Origin: a virus
Direction: 5' to 3' (one strand)
Length of the DNA: 64,000 nucleotides
Virus record (IMG/VR): IMGVR_UViG_3300050821_018577
Span: 1 to 64,000 of that record
The notes below the pieces were generated by a model. That model saw only the letters and a list, made by a program, of their open reading frames with translations, was not told the DNA's origin and did not search any database. Positions 9,727 through 18,653 of the stretch are shown piece after piece. A program made the position numbers and the translations under genes. Numbering within the stretch: position 1 is the first letter of the stretch; every line of letters begins with the position of its first letter.

Positions 9727-10310
9727 AGTTTGAGGACACAGTGCGCCGCTATGCCAAAGTGGCGCGGCAGGAAATTCTTCGTGACTTTAGAAGCGATTCT
9801 TGTATCGCTTCAACGCGCATCACCATCCGTGTCATGCGCGAGTTTGGGATCGCCGCGGAGCCGGTTAGTGTCAACTACATCGTCGGCAATCCCGAATGGG
9901 CGCGGCGGATAATCGACCAGCAAGAACCTTGGCCCGCCCGCGAAAGCCTTTTCAAGTGGTGCGAAACGACAGGCGCCTGGAGCGTTGGAGTGGGCAACGG
10001 AGAAGAACGCGAGGGCGGCTGGCCGGGACATCTGATAGCCTATTTACCGAAGCACCGTTTTTTAATCGACGCCAGTATCGACCAAGCCAATCGTCCAGCA
10101 AAAGGGATCGTTTTGCCGCCGGTACTGCTATCGCCGGATGTGCCGCCGCGATTTCTGACCGGAGAGATGTCTCTTGAAGCGCGCATTCAGGGAATGTACC
10201 TGCAATATGTTTGCGTCCCCAACGAGACATTCCGTAAGTCCAAGGACTGGACAGAATTTTCCAGAATCAAGCCGGTCGTCAAACGGATCGTAAAAGAGAT
10301 GGAAAGTTAA
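9723..10310 (+). CDS. hypothetical protein, possibly transglutaminase/papain-like fold
   Basis: N-terminal DSCIA, then GHL and LIDAS give a C/H/D spacing suggestive of a triad. Confidence 0.55.
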   Translation: MKFEDTVRRYAKVARQEILRDFRSDSCIASTRITIRVMREFGIAAEPVSVNYIVGNPEWARRIIDQQEPWPARESLFKWCETTGAWSVGVGNGEEREGGWPGHLIAYLPKHRFLIDASIDQANRPAKGIVLPPVLLSPDVPPRFLTGEMSLEARIQGMYLQYVCVPNETFRKSKDWTEFSRIKPVVKRIVKEMES

Positions 10311-10311
10311 C

Positions 10312-10614
10312 ATGGCGACTTGGGCTCTGTTCATTCACGTCCCGATGTTCGGGTCCGTCAACGTGGACTCCAAGCCAATTGTCTGCGCGCGGTGCGGACA
10401 GAATAAATGGCTTTGGGATAAAGGTCCGGCCGTAAATTCAGATGGCAACGAAGAAATCGCCTGTGCCGATTGCGGTCAAACGAACCTGATATTTTGGCCG
10501 GTACTTGAGCCTGACCACATTTCGACTTGGCTCAACTCCGAGTACTGTCCGCATAGTCTCTGCCGCATCAAGTACGCTGCGTTGTGTAGGGAAATGGAAT
10601 GGAAAGGACACTAA
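10312..10614 (+). CDS. Zn-ribbon hypothetical protein
   Basis: CARC, CADC. Confidence 0.55.
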   Translation: MATWALFIHVPMFGSVNVDSKPIVCARCGQNKWLWDKGPAVNSDGNEEIACADCGQTNLIFWPVLEPDHISTWLNSEYCPHSLCRIKYAALCREMEWKGH

Positions 10615-10796
10615 TGCGCTGCCCGCACTGTAAAACGCCAATGGGTTTGATTACCGAAATCCAGGGTGGCGCCCACGCTGACCTGCAACCTGGGGCGGCA
10701 GGCTTTTGTCCGATGTGCGACTGGAATCTGACTTGGGACGGCGAGAAATGGGTTGCTGGAGATAGAAACAAGAATTGGTGGGAGCGCACGCAATGA
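10614..10796 (+). CDS. Zn-ribbon hypothetical protein
   Basis: CPHC, CPMC; TAATG overlap. Confidence 0.55.
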   Translation: MRCPHCKTPMGLITEIQGGAHADLQPGAAGFCPMCDWNLTWDGEKWVAGDRNKNWWERTQ

Positions 10797-10872
10797 ATCG
10801 GAAAAGCCTATTGCGAACAGCTTTACTGTGCCTCGCCGTAGCCGGCCTGTTGCTCTGGATGGCGGTCAGCCG

Positions 10873-11049
10873 ATGAGAGAACGCATCATCCCGCGTAAAG
10901 AGCATCCCGACCGGGAATTGACCTGTCCTAAATGCCACGCGCTTCCGGGGCAGCCTTGCCGTTCTGTAGGTGGCATCGGCCTGAGAATTTACGGACGTTC
11001 CATGCCACAGTACAAAGTCCACAAATGCAGATTAAGAGTTGCACCTTGA
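10873..11049 (+). CDS. small Zn-finger protein
   Basis: CPKCHALPGQPC...HKCR. Confidence 0.55.
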   Translation: MRERIIPRKEHPDRELTCPKCHALPGQPCRSVGGIGLRIYGRSMPQYKVHKCRLRVAP

Positions 11050-11074
11050 AACTTATACTCAAAGATTCTATACT
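11046..11074 (+). promoter_or_regulatory. sigma70-type promoter with operator-like site in spacer
   Basis: TTGAAA-17-TATACT; CTTAT-ACT-CAAAG at 11052-11064. Confidence 0.65.
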
Positions 11075-11100
11075 GGCAACCGGCGCGAAGCCGACCCCAA

Positions 11101-11778
11101 ATGGGCGGCCAAGAAACAAAGCAGAGGAAACTAAACAGAATGGCGAAGCAAAAATTAAAGCTCCAGGGCGCGGCATTGGCTTTCTTCCAGCGAGTAGGCA
11201 GTAAGGGCGGCCGGATGCGCGCTCAAAACAACTCCAGGAAACAGCTCAAACGATGGGCGCGTCTTGGAGGGCGACCAGGGAGGTCATTGAAAGAAAGAGT
11301 CGCTGCCTTACGCAAGAAATTTGAACGGTCGCACGGATCCCGCCAGCGAAAGTTCGAGTCCTTGCAAGAGAAATTCTTCGTCATGCAGTCCGCTTTGCTG
11401 AGAGATTTTGAGGCGCAAATTGCCGCTTTCCAAAAAAAATTCGCAGAACGACAGCTAATGTTTGCGGAGTCTCATGGAGAGCGCCAGAAGAAATTCGAGA
11501 TGACACATATCCAGAGCGCCTCGGACCAACCTGCTTTCGAGAAGGCGCAAGCCAGCCGCCAGGAGGCTTTTGAGTTATTGCACATGGCGCGCCAGAAAAA
11601 ATTCGAAAAAGCGCAAGCCGGCCGGCAAAAAAGATTCGAGACGGCACACGCCTTCCGCCAGAAAAAATTCGAGACACGGGAACGGAACTTCAAGATAACC
11701 CAAGCGGAGTGGCAATCAGTGTTCGATGCACGGGTCGATGCTCTGCAAAAGACCATGCAGAAGAAACAAGCGGCTTAA
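11101..11778 (+). CDS. basic helical protein with 11-aa RQKKFE repeats
   Basis: N-terminal GSKGG motif; at least six xxxRQKKFExx units. Confidence 0.7.
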   Translation: MGGQETKQRKLNRMAKQKLKLQGAALAFFQRVGSKGGRMRAQNNSRKQLKRWARLGGRPGRSLKERVAALRKKFERSHGSRQRKFESLQEKFFVMQSALLRDFEAQIAAFQKKFAERQLMFAESHGERQKKFEMTHIQSASDQPAFEKAQASRQEAFELLHMARQKKFEKAQAGRQKRFETAHAFRQKKFETRERNFKITQAEWQSVFDARVDALQKTMQKKQAA

Positions 11779-11802
11779 GTGTAGTTCCCTGAGAAGGGAA
11801 AC

Positions 11803-12462
11803 ATGACGGTTCCAAGTCCGAAGCTGCGACTCAAGACGGACAATCATTCTCTGACAGATAAATGTAATCTGCGACGCTTGGTTATCGAGGAAGCGCACTT
11901 CGAGGAGTTGCGTGTACTGGATCTGTTTGCGGGGGAAGGGAATATCTGGCGAGAACTCCGCCGGCAATCCCGGGACCAGGAAGCGCCGCCACCATTGAAC
12001 GTTGTGACGTATACGCCTGTGGACTCCGCCATGAAACAGTCCGGACAGATTCGTTTCAAAATCACGCCACGGCTGATTGCCAGCCTTAATGGCGACGCGG
12101 ACGCGAACACTTTTACCGGGACGGATCTATCCCGTTACAACGTTGTGGACGTTGACACGTACGGCGACCCGTTCGGAATCTGGCGTGAATTGCTGTTTCG
12201 CATCAAGACGCCGACGGTGGTGTTTCTGACGCGAGGGAGAGTGACGTATGGCTCCGGCAAAATGCCGATTTCTAATCTGGCGAAACGAGTGATGGGCATC
12301 CCTGAGAGTTGGGATATTCCCGGCAAGATTGAAGTACTGGATTATTCCGACCGGTGCCAGCTTTTACAACCATGCCCGACAGCAAAGATTTCCTTCGGCA
12401 AGTGGATCAACGGCGCGCGGGTAGATTATTACGGCCTGTATGTTACGCCACAAGCCGCATAA
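11803..12462 (+). CDS. methyltransferase-like protein (possible DUF5131 partner)
   Basis: VLDLFAGEG motif I; VVDVDTYGDP. Confidence 0.6.
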   Translation: MTVPSPKLRLKTDNHSLTDKCNLRRLVIEEAHFEELRVLDLFAGEGNIWRELRRQSRDQEAPPPLNVVTYTPVDSAMKQSGQIRFKITPRLIASLNGDADANTFTGTDLSRYNVVDVDTYGDPFGIWRELLFRIKTPTVVFLTRGRVTYGSGKMPISNLAKRVMGIPESWDIPGKIEVLDYSDRCQLLQPCPTAKISFGKWINGARVDYYGLYVTPQAA

Positions 12463-12473
12463 ACGTTTCAACC

Positions 12474-12503
12474 TTGCAAATCTAAGGCCCTAAGTTATAT
12501 AAT
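12474..12503 (+). promoter_or_regulatory. sigma70-type promoter with operator
   Basis: TTGCAA-18-TATAAT; CTAAG-GCC-CTAAG at 12482-12494. Confidence 0.75.
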
Positions 12504-12538
12504 TTTGCGCTGAGCCTTGCGCGAAAGACAGGAGACGT

Positions 12539-13156
12539 ATGAATCTTAAAGCAGTCGGTGACAGTGTGAGTAAAGCCCTTTTCAAGCAAGAGGACCCGGT
12601 AAAGCGGCCGGTTGCTGCGGCGCCGGTACGAACAGTACCAGCACCGGATGGGGCGTTCCCTCGTCCATCGCAGCCCGTAACTTCCAGTAAAAACGCAGCC
12701 TATTCCACACTGTTGGAAAAGACGAATTTTGACACCACCAATGCCGGCGCAGCCTTAATGAAATACTTAGAACCTCTAAAGGCTTTACCAATTGACGAGC
12801 ACGCAAAATACAAGGCAGCGGCTGCGCAAGCCGCAGCGACAGCAGGCGTGACCGTAGTGGGGATTCTAGCCACCTTCGATGGACTTAAGCGCACTCTTCA
12901 AGAGGAGACGCGCCAGTTCGATGCCGAAGCCTCCAACACAGCCAATGAGCAAGTAGGCGATAAGCGTGCGCGGCGAAACGAAATCAGTACAGAAATCGCA
13001 GCCCTCCAGCGCGAGGATGAGCAGTTGCGCAAGGATATCGACGTCGCGCAAGCAAGGATCGACACCGCCAGAAAACAGTTTCAAGACGCAGTAGAACTAC
13101 GGGGCCAAGAACTCGACGGACAGAAGGCGGCTTTAACTCGCCTTCTGCAAGGATAA
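12539..13156 (+). CDS. coiled-coil protein, first gene of ABC/OmpA cassette
   Basis: AGGAG RBS; long heptad-rich C-terminal half. Confidence 0.8.
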   Translation: MNLKAVGDSVSKALFKQEDPVKRPVAAAPVRTVPAPDGAFPRPSQPVTSSKNAAYSTLLEKTNFDTTNAGAALMKYLEPLKALPIDEHAKYKAAAAQAAATAGVTVVGILATFDGLKRTLQEETRQFDAEASNTANEQVGDKRARRNEISTEIAALQREDEQLRKDIDVAQARIDTARKQFQDAVELRGQELDGQKAALTRLLQG

Positions 13157-13161
13157 AAACG

Positions 13162-14208
13162 ATGAGCAATTCACCGATGATTCCAGCAAGTCTAAGTGAT
13201 TCAGCGCAGTGGAAAACGTTCTGGTCCAAACCAGAAGGGAAGATGGGGATCGGTCTGCTTATACTTCTGGGCATCGGAGGAATCTGGGCCTGGGGAACCG
13301 TATCAGCATTTCTGGTAGCGATGCTGGCCGATACCGTACACATGGCCATGCTCGCCGGGCTGCTGTTTGCGATGGGATGGGTAGCGTTCAGCAAACGCTC
13401 TCACATGCTATTCCGACTTCTGAGTCGCTACTTGACCGGACTGATTATCAACGTGGATCCCATCGGAATTCTCGAGGACCATCTTCTGCAAATGAAAAAA
13501 CGCCGGGAACGTCTTGGCGAGCAAATCACCAATGTCGCCGGACAGAAACGGTACCTCGAAAGCGTGATTGAACAAAACAAACAGGACGCCAGTAAGAATA
13601 TGGCTTACGCCGCGCAGGCGCGAAAGATGGCGGACACCACCGACGCGCAAAAAAAACTACAGATGGAACTCCAGGTCCGCGCGAAAGCCAACAAGGCCGG
13701 CCGCCTGCAACAATCAAACGTTGGCTACCAACAGCTGCTCAACAAAATCACGGTCGTCTATGACCTGTTAGCGAAGTGGGCCATCAATATCGATTTTTTC
13801 ATCGAAGATACCGAGGATACGGTCAAGCAGGCAAAGACTCAGTACAAGGTCACAAGCGCAGCATTCAGCGCCATCAAAACCGGTATGGCAATCATCCGCG
13901 GCAATGCGGATGAAAACGACCTATACGACCGCACCATGGAGCATCTGGCCGAGGACGCTGGTCAAAAACTTGGCGCGATTGACGATTTCCAGCGCGTCGC
14001 GCAGAACTTCATGGATACCATCGACATCCAGAATGGCGCCATTGATACAGCGGCGCTCGACCAACTCAACCAATATGAACAAAAATTGCTCACCGCTGGC
14101 GACCAGGGTACAGCATTCCTGATTCCCGCGGTGACACAACAAGCAGTTCCGGTTCCGGTCGCCACTAAGGGTTCAAAAACAGGAACCTACGGCGACCTTC
14201 TTAAGTAG
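13162..14208 (+). CDS. membrane-anchored coiled-coil protein (PspA/TelA-like architecture)
   Basis: two N-terminal TM helices then long coiled coil. Confidence 0.75.
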   Translation: MSNSPMIPASLSDSAQWKTFWSKPEGKMGIGLLILLGIGGIWAWGTVSAFLVAMLADTVHMAMLAGLLFAMGWVAFSKRSHMLFRLLSRYLTGLIINVDPIGILEDHLLQMKKRRERLGEQITNVAGQKRYLESVIEQNKQDASKNMAYAAQARKMADTTDAQKKLQMELQVRAKANKAGRLQQSNVGYQQLLNKITVVYDLLAKWAINIDFFIEDTEDTVKQAKTQYKVTSAAFSAIKTGMAIIRGNADENDLYDRTMEHLAEDAGQKLGAIDDFQRVAQNFMDTIDIQNGAIDTAALDQLNQYEQKLLTAGDQGTAFLIPAVTQQAVPVPVATKGSKTGTYGDLLK

Positions 14209-14236
14209 TTAAATTCACAAAAAGGGAGAAACAAAA

Positions 14237-16057
14237 ATGCCAGCATTGAAAACAGGGCCAAAGGTGTTACTCATTGCGCTCGCAGCAGGGTCTTTAGTTC
14301 TCGGACTCCGCACGGCCGCAGAACGTGGTTGGATCCCAACGCCGGGAATCATGAAAGCGTTGATTCCCACCAGGGTAGTGCTTCCAGACGTTAAAGACGC
14401 TCTGGTAGCCAACGTTGAACCTCTGCCGTTGCCATCGGACACCCCTGCCAAGGTGGACGCTACGCCCATTGTCGGTGAGTTTTGGGAGTGGAACGCGCAG
14501 GCCAACATGATTCTCGCTAACGGCGGACCTTTCACCACGAAGGGTTCGTTAATGGAAAAGCACGGCGTGAACCTGCGTCTTGTCCGGCAAGACGACACAA
14601 AACAAATGGCGACCGATTTGGTGACCTGCGCGACTGCCATAGCAGGCGGAGCACCGTATTGCAATGGCGCAACGTCAGCATCGGAGCAGCCCGCTGGCGC
14701 TAATTTCGTTGTCATTATGGGCGACCAATCCGGCGCATTTTTTGCCGGTGTCACTCCATTATTGAAAAAACTGAGCCCCGGGTACATCGCTAAAGTCATC
14801 GGTGCCACCGGATACAGTCGCGGCGAAGATGCGTTCATGGCTCCGCCTGAAGTAAAGAATAATCCGCAGGCAGCGCGCGGAATCCTTGTTTCCGGTTCGC
14901 TGCGCGAAGGCGATTGGAATATCGCGTTGAAGTGGGAAGGCGACAACAGTATTCCAAACAATCCCGATGTGCACACCTACGACCCTGATGCCGTCAACTG
15001 GCTCGCAGTTGACGATTATCTGAAAGCCACCGAAGCCTATAATTCCAACCAATGCGAGGATCGCAAAGTCGTCAAAGACGGGCATCCTACCGGAGAGACG
15101 AAGCGCGTCTGCGTCAATGCCATCGTGACCTGGACCCCGGGTGACGTGAATGAAGCGCACGGCCGCGGCGGCCTCGTCAAAGTGGTCAGCACCAAGCAAT
15201 ATCGCTCGCAAATGCCCGCAGTCATCATTGGCCCACTTGCGTTCTTCCAGAAGAACCGTGATGAAATCAATGGCATGCTTGCGGCGACGCTCGAGGCTGG
15301 CGACCAAATGAAAGCCTACGACAAGGCACTGCGCAAAGCGGCGGCTATCTCCGCGAAAGTCTACAACGACCAGGATGAAGCCTACTGGTACAAGTATTTC
15401 AAGGGCGTGACTGAAACCGATACGCAGGGCGTGAAGATTGAGCTCGGCGGATCGGCAGTCAACAATCTGGACGACGAGAAAATCCTTTTCGGGCTCAAGC
15501 CCGGAACTGCCGACAATTTCAGGGCGACCTACACAATATTCGGTGGCATCTGCACGCAGCAATATCCTTTACTGTTCAAGGACACTCCGATTCCAACCGC
15601 ATCCGAGATTGAAGATAAATCCTTCGTTACCGGAGCCGAAGCCGTTATGAATGGTTCTGGTTCAGAAGCAGAAACGCCAAACTACACCGCCGAGGCTAGT
15701 GGCCCGACCGTCAGCAAGCGGTCCTGGCACATCAACTTCGATACCAATAAATCATCGTTTACACCCGATGGCGAAGCCACGATGCAGGAATTGCGAGATT
15801 CCCTGGTAATTACCGGTCTCTTCGTAAAAATCGATGGCCACACCGATGACCAAGGAAGTCACATCGTGAACGAAACGCTCTCGCGCGACAGAGCGAACGC
15901 AGTCAAGAACTGGCTGCAAAAGCACGCTCCAGCCAACTTCCCGAACAATCGATTCAAAATTGCCGGCCATGGTGCGGACCAGCCTGCCGCATCAAATTCC
16001 ACGCCAGAAGGCCGTGCAGCAAACCGCAGGGTGGAGATAACGCTTGTTGGGAATTAA
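14237..16057 (+). CDS. ABC substrate-binding protein fused to C-terminal OmpA-like domain
   Basis: N-terminal anchor; SsuA/NMT1-like region (YSRGEDA, GDWNIALKW); OmpA motifs INFDTNK, IDGHTD, LSRDRANAV, NRRVEI. Confidence 0.85.
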   Translation: MPALKTGPKVLLIALAAGSLVLGLRTAAERGWIPTPGIMKALIPTRVVLPDVKDALVANVEPLPLPSDTPAKVDATPIVGEFWEWNAQANMILANGGPFTTKGSLMEKHGVNLRLVRQDDTKQMATDLVTCATAIAGGAPYCNGATSASEQPAGANFVVIMGDQSGAFFAGVTPLLKKLSPGYIAKVIGATGYSRGEDAFMAPPEVKNNPQAARGILVSGSLREGDWNIALKWEGDNSIPNNPDVHTYDPDAVNWLAVDDYLKATEAYNSNQCEDRKVVKDGHPTGETKRVCVNAIVTWTPGDVNEAHGRGGLVKVVSTKQYRSQMPAVIIGPLAFFQKNRDEINGMLAATLEAGDQMKAYDKALRKAAAISAKVYNDQDEAYWYKYFKGVTETDTQGVKIELGGSAVNNLDDEKILFGLKPGTADNFRATYTIFGGICTQQYPLLFKDTPIPTASEIEDKSFVTGAEAVMNGSGSEAETPNYTAEASGPTVSKRSWHINFDTNKSSFTPDGEATMQELRDSLVITGLFVKIDGHTDDQGSHIVNETLSRDRANAVKNWLQKHAPANFPNNRFKIAGHGADQPAASNSTPEGRAANRRVEITLVGN

Positions 16058-16856
16058 CCGCAGCTACGCGCTTGTGCTAGATGCGTTCCTGCCCAACAAA
16101 GTCCTCAGCAAGAACGCCGTCCGCTTGATGGTCGGCGTTCAGTTGGCGGTGGTCTTGCTGCTGTGGACCTATTACCAGACCGTCTTTCTGCCCAAGCCGG
16201 GAGACATTCTACGGGCCTTGAATTTCCTCTGGACTCAGGAAGGGCTGGGAATCGAATTGCTCACCAGCTTCTTCCTGAATCTCGAGGCTATTGGGATCGC
16301 AACGGTAGTCTCACTGTTGCTGGCCTATTCTTCCTTGCTGCCGTTTTTCCGGCCCATCATCACAGTCTTGAGCAAGCTGCGATTCCTGTCCATGGTGGGC
16401 CTCACGTTTTTCTTTACGCTCATGGCTGCCAATGGCCATGCTCTACGGGTCGAGCTGCTGGTATTTTCCATTTCCGTGTTCTTCGTAACCGGCATGGCCA
16501 GCGTAATTGACAGTGCACCCAAGGAAAAATTTGACTTGGCACGCACGCTCGGAATGAACGAATGGCGGACATCGCTTGAGGTTGTCGTACTCGGCGAGAG
16601 CGACCAAGCATTAGACATGCTACGTCAAAATGCCGCGATGGGCTGGATGATGCTCACCATGGTCGAAGGCCTTTCGCGCGGCGGCGGCGGCATCGGAACG
16701 CTGCTGCTTGACAATTCCAAATACTTTCACCTGGACGCGGTATTCGCCATCCAGATAACCATTTTGCTTATCGGTCTCGGCCAAGATTATGCGATTGGGG
16801 CTCTGCGCAGAATGATTTGTCCCTGGGCGGATCTAACTCTTGAGAGGAGAACTTAG
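16044..16856 (+). CDS. ABC transporter permease (start may be GTG near 16074)
   Basis: about 6 TM helices; EAA-like loop DLARTLGM; MLTMVEGLSRGGGGIG. Confidence 0.85.
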   Translation: MLGINRSYALVLDAFLPNKVLSKNAVRLMVGVQLAVVLLLWTYYQTVFLPKPGDILRALNFLWTQEGLGIELLTSFFLNLEAIGIATVVSLLLAYSSLLPFFRPIITVLSKLRFLSMVGLTFFFTLMAANGHALRVELLVFSISVFFVTGMASVIDSAPKEKFDLARTLGMNEWRTSLEVVVLGESDQALDMLRQNAAMGWMMLTMVEGLSRGGGGIGTLLLDNSKYFHLDAVFAIQITILLIGLGQDYAIGALRRMICPWADLTLERRT

Positions 16857-17006
16857 ATGGATAGCAAAACAGCAAAAGCGTTCGACAAGGCACTTCTGAA
16901 ATTTGAAGCGGAGGTTGCGAAACTGAAATTGGTCGTAGCCGACGTACGGGCAGCCATCAAGAAACACTACGTAGCAAAGCCGAAGGCGAAGAATGGGCCC
17001 AACTAA
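16857..17006 (+). CDS. 49-aa basic helical protein
   Basis: AGGAGA RBS; MDSKTAKAFDKALLKFEAEV... translated by eye, below the ORF-track cutoff. Confidence 0.55.
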   Translation: MDSKTAKAFDKALLKFEAEVAKLKLVVADVRAAIKKHYVAKPKAKNGPN

Positions 17007-17802
17007 CTGCACGCTCGGCCCTACGCTCCTGAAAATCGATAACGTCTGCCTTTCCTACGGCGACAAAGTCGTCCTCAAGAACGTGAATGCCGAGATTCGG
17101 GAAATCCTGCGCAATCAGAGCAAGGGCCAGGTTCTCGGCTTCCTGGGGCCATCAGGCGTAGGCAAAACGCAATTATTCAGAATCATCGCCGGCCTGAACA
17201 AGCCGACCTCCGGACAAGTGACACTCAATGGCGGAACACCCGTTCATCCTGGGCTGGTAGGTGTCGTCGCGCAAAATTATCTATTGTTTGAACACCGCAC
17301 CGTACTCTCTAATCTCATGCTCGCGGCACGACGGAAGAATCACACCCAAACAGAAGTCGGTGCCTACCTGGAGGAATTCAGTCTGCATGATGTTCGCCAC
17401 CATTACCCGGCACAATTATCCGGCGGCCAGCGTCAGCGGGTAGCAATTTTGCAACAGATTCTCTGCTCGTCCCACTTTTTGTTAATGGACGAGCCATTCT
17501 CCGGACTTGACCTGCTCATGCTCGAAAAGACCGCCGCGCTGATTCAAAAAGTCGCCAACATGGATGAGCTCAACACTATCGTCATCGTTTCCCATGACGT
17601 GACCGCCGTGGCCAGTGTCAGCGACCACATCTGGATGCTTGGCCGCGACCGCGATGCGGAAGGCAATATCATTCCTGGCGCCAGAATCATGGAAGTCTAC
17701 GACCTAGTAGAACGCGACCTGTGCTGGCACCCAGACATCATAACGTCGCCCCGATTTATGTCTTTTGTTGCAGAAGTCAAAGAACGCTTCCGAACGCTTT
17801 AG
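16993..17802 (+). CDS. ABC transporter ATP-binding protein
   Basis: Walker A GPSGVGKT, signature LSGGQ, Walker B LLMDEPF, H-loop VSHD. Confidence 0.92.
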   Translation: MGPTNCTLGPTLLKIDNVCLSYGDKVVLKNVNAEIREILRNQSKGQVLGFLGPSGVGKTQLFRIIAGLNKPTSGQVTLNGGTPVHPGLVGVVAQNYLLFEHRTVLSNLMLAARRKNHTQTEVGAYLEEFSLHDVRHHYPAQLSGGQRQRVAILQQILCSSHFLLMDEPFSGLDLLMLEKTAALIQKVANMDELNTIVIVSHDVTAVASVSDHIWMLGRDRDAEGNIIPGARIMEVYDLVERDLCWHPDIITSPRFMSFVAEVKERFRTL

Positions 17803-17811
17803 AAATTCTTC

Positions 17812-17840
17812 TTTACAAAGCCTAGGCCCTAAGTTATAAT
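17812..17840 (+). promoter_or_regulatory. sigma70-type promoter with operator
   Basis: TTTACA-17-TATAAT; CCTAG-GCC-CTAAG at 17821-17833; near-copy of the 12474 promoter. Confidence 0.75.
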
Positions 17841-17856
17841 ACTTTGCTCACTCGGA

Positions 17857-18090
17857 GTGTATCAATTGAAAAAGACAGCGCCGCGTCAAGTAGAACCGCC
17901 CGGCAGGCCATCCAAACGACGCGCCGACGAATTGGCTGGAGCGCCACAAAAGACTCGCTGGTGGGAGTGCTCATTGTGCTACAACGTGTTTGGCACACAG
18001 CATCATGCTTGTCGCACCTGTGACGGTCGGACGCCGCACTCTTGTCCGTACTGTGGAATCCAGTTTGACGATTTGACGGAGTTTGCGTGA
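17857..18090 (+). CDS. Zn-finger hypothetical protein
   Basis: three CxxC pairs. Confidence 0.5.
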   Translation: MYQLKKTAPRQVEPPGRPSKRRADELAGAPQKTRWWECSLCYNVFGTQHHACRTCDGRTPHSCPYCGIQFDDLTEFA

Positions 18091-18113
18091 GTGTTTCTAT
18101 TGCGGAATGAGTA

Positions 18114-18653
18114 ATGGCACAGACTCACGAAGGCGCGATGAAAGTCTTAGCTCGCAAGACCGGCTTGTCTTTGCCTGAATTCCAGAATCATATCAAGCGT
18201 GGCCTGAAATGGTGTTATCGGTGCAGTGCTTGGAAGGACCGGCTCGCCTTTCAATTAGACCGAAGTAGGTACGATGGACGCGCCGCAATATGCAATCAGT
18301 GTAAACACGATAACCATAAAGGTCGATATGTTCCAAGGCCGCGCATTTCAAAGAAAGGTTCACGTTTTGCACCAGTTCGGGATGGCGATAAATTTCAAGC
18401 TCGGGCCAGAGTAAATCATCTCGTCGATATCGGATTACTTCCGGACCCGGATACTCTGCCGTGTGCAGATTGCGGCGACCGCAAGAAGCGTCACACGTAT
18501 GACCATTATCTTGGCTATGCAGCAGCGCATCAAGAGCACGTAGAACCAACCTGTTATAAATGCCACGACAAACGCTCAAGGCAACGCGGCGAACTAATTC
18601 AACGCCGCAATGCTAAAGGTAAATTCACGCAGAAGGACGCACATGGGAGATAA
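18114..18653 (+). CDS. HNH-like Zn-binding endonuclease
   Basis: CADCG...HTYDHY...CYKCH. Confidence 0.65.
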   Translation: MAQTHEGAMKVLARKTGLSLPEFQNHIKRGLKWCYRCSAWKDRLAFQLDRSRYDGRAAICNQCKHDNHKGRYVPRPRISKKGSRFAPVRDGDKFQARARVNHLVDIGLLPDPDTLPCADCGDRKKRHTYDHYLGYAAAHQEHVEPTCYKCHDKRSRQRGELIQRRNAKGKFTQKDAHGR

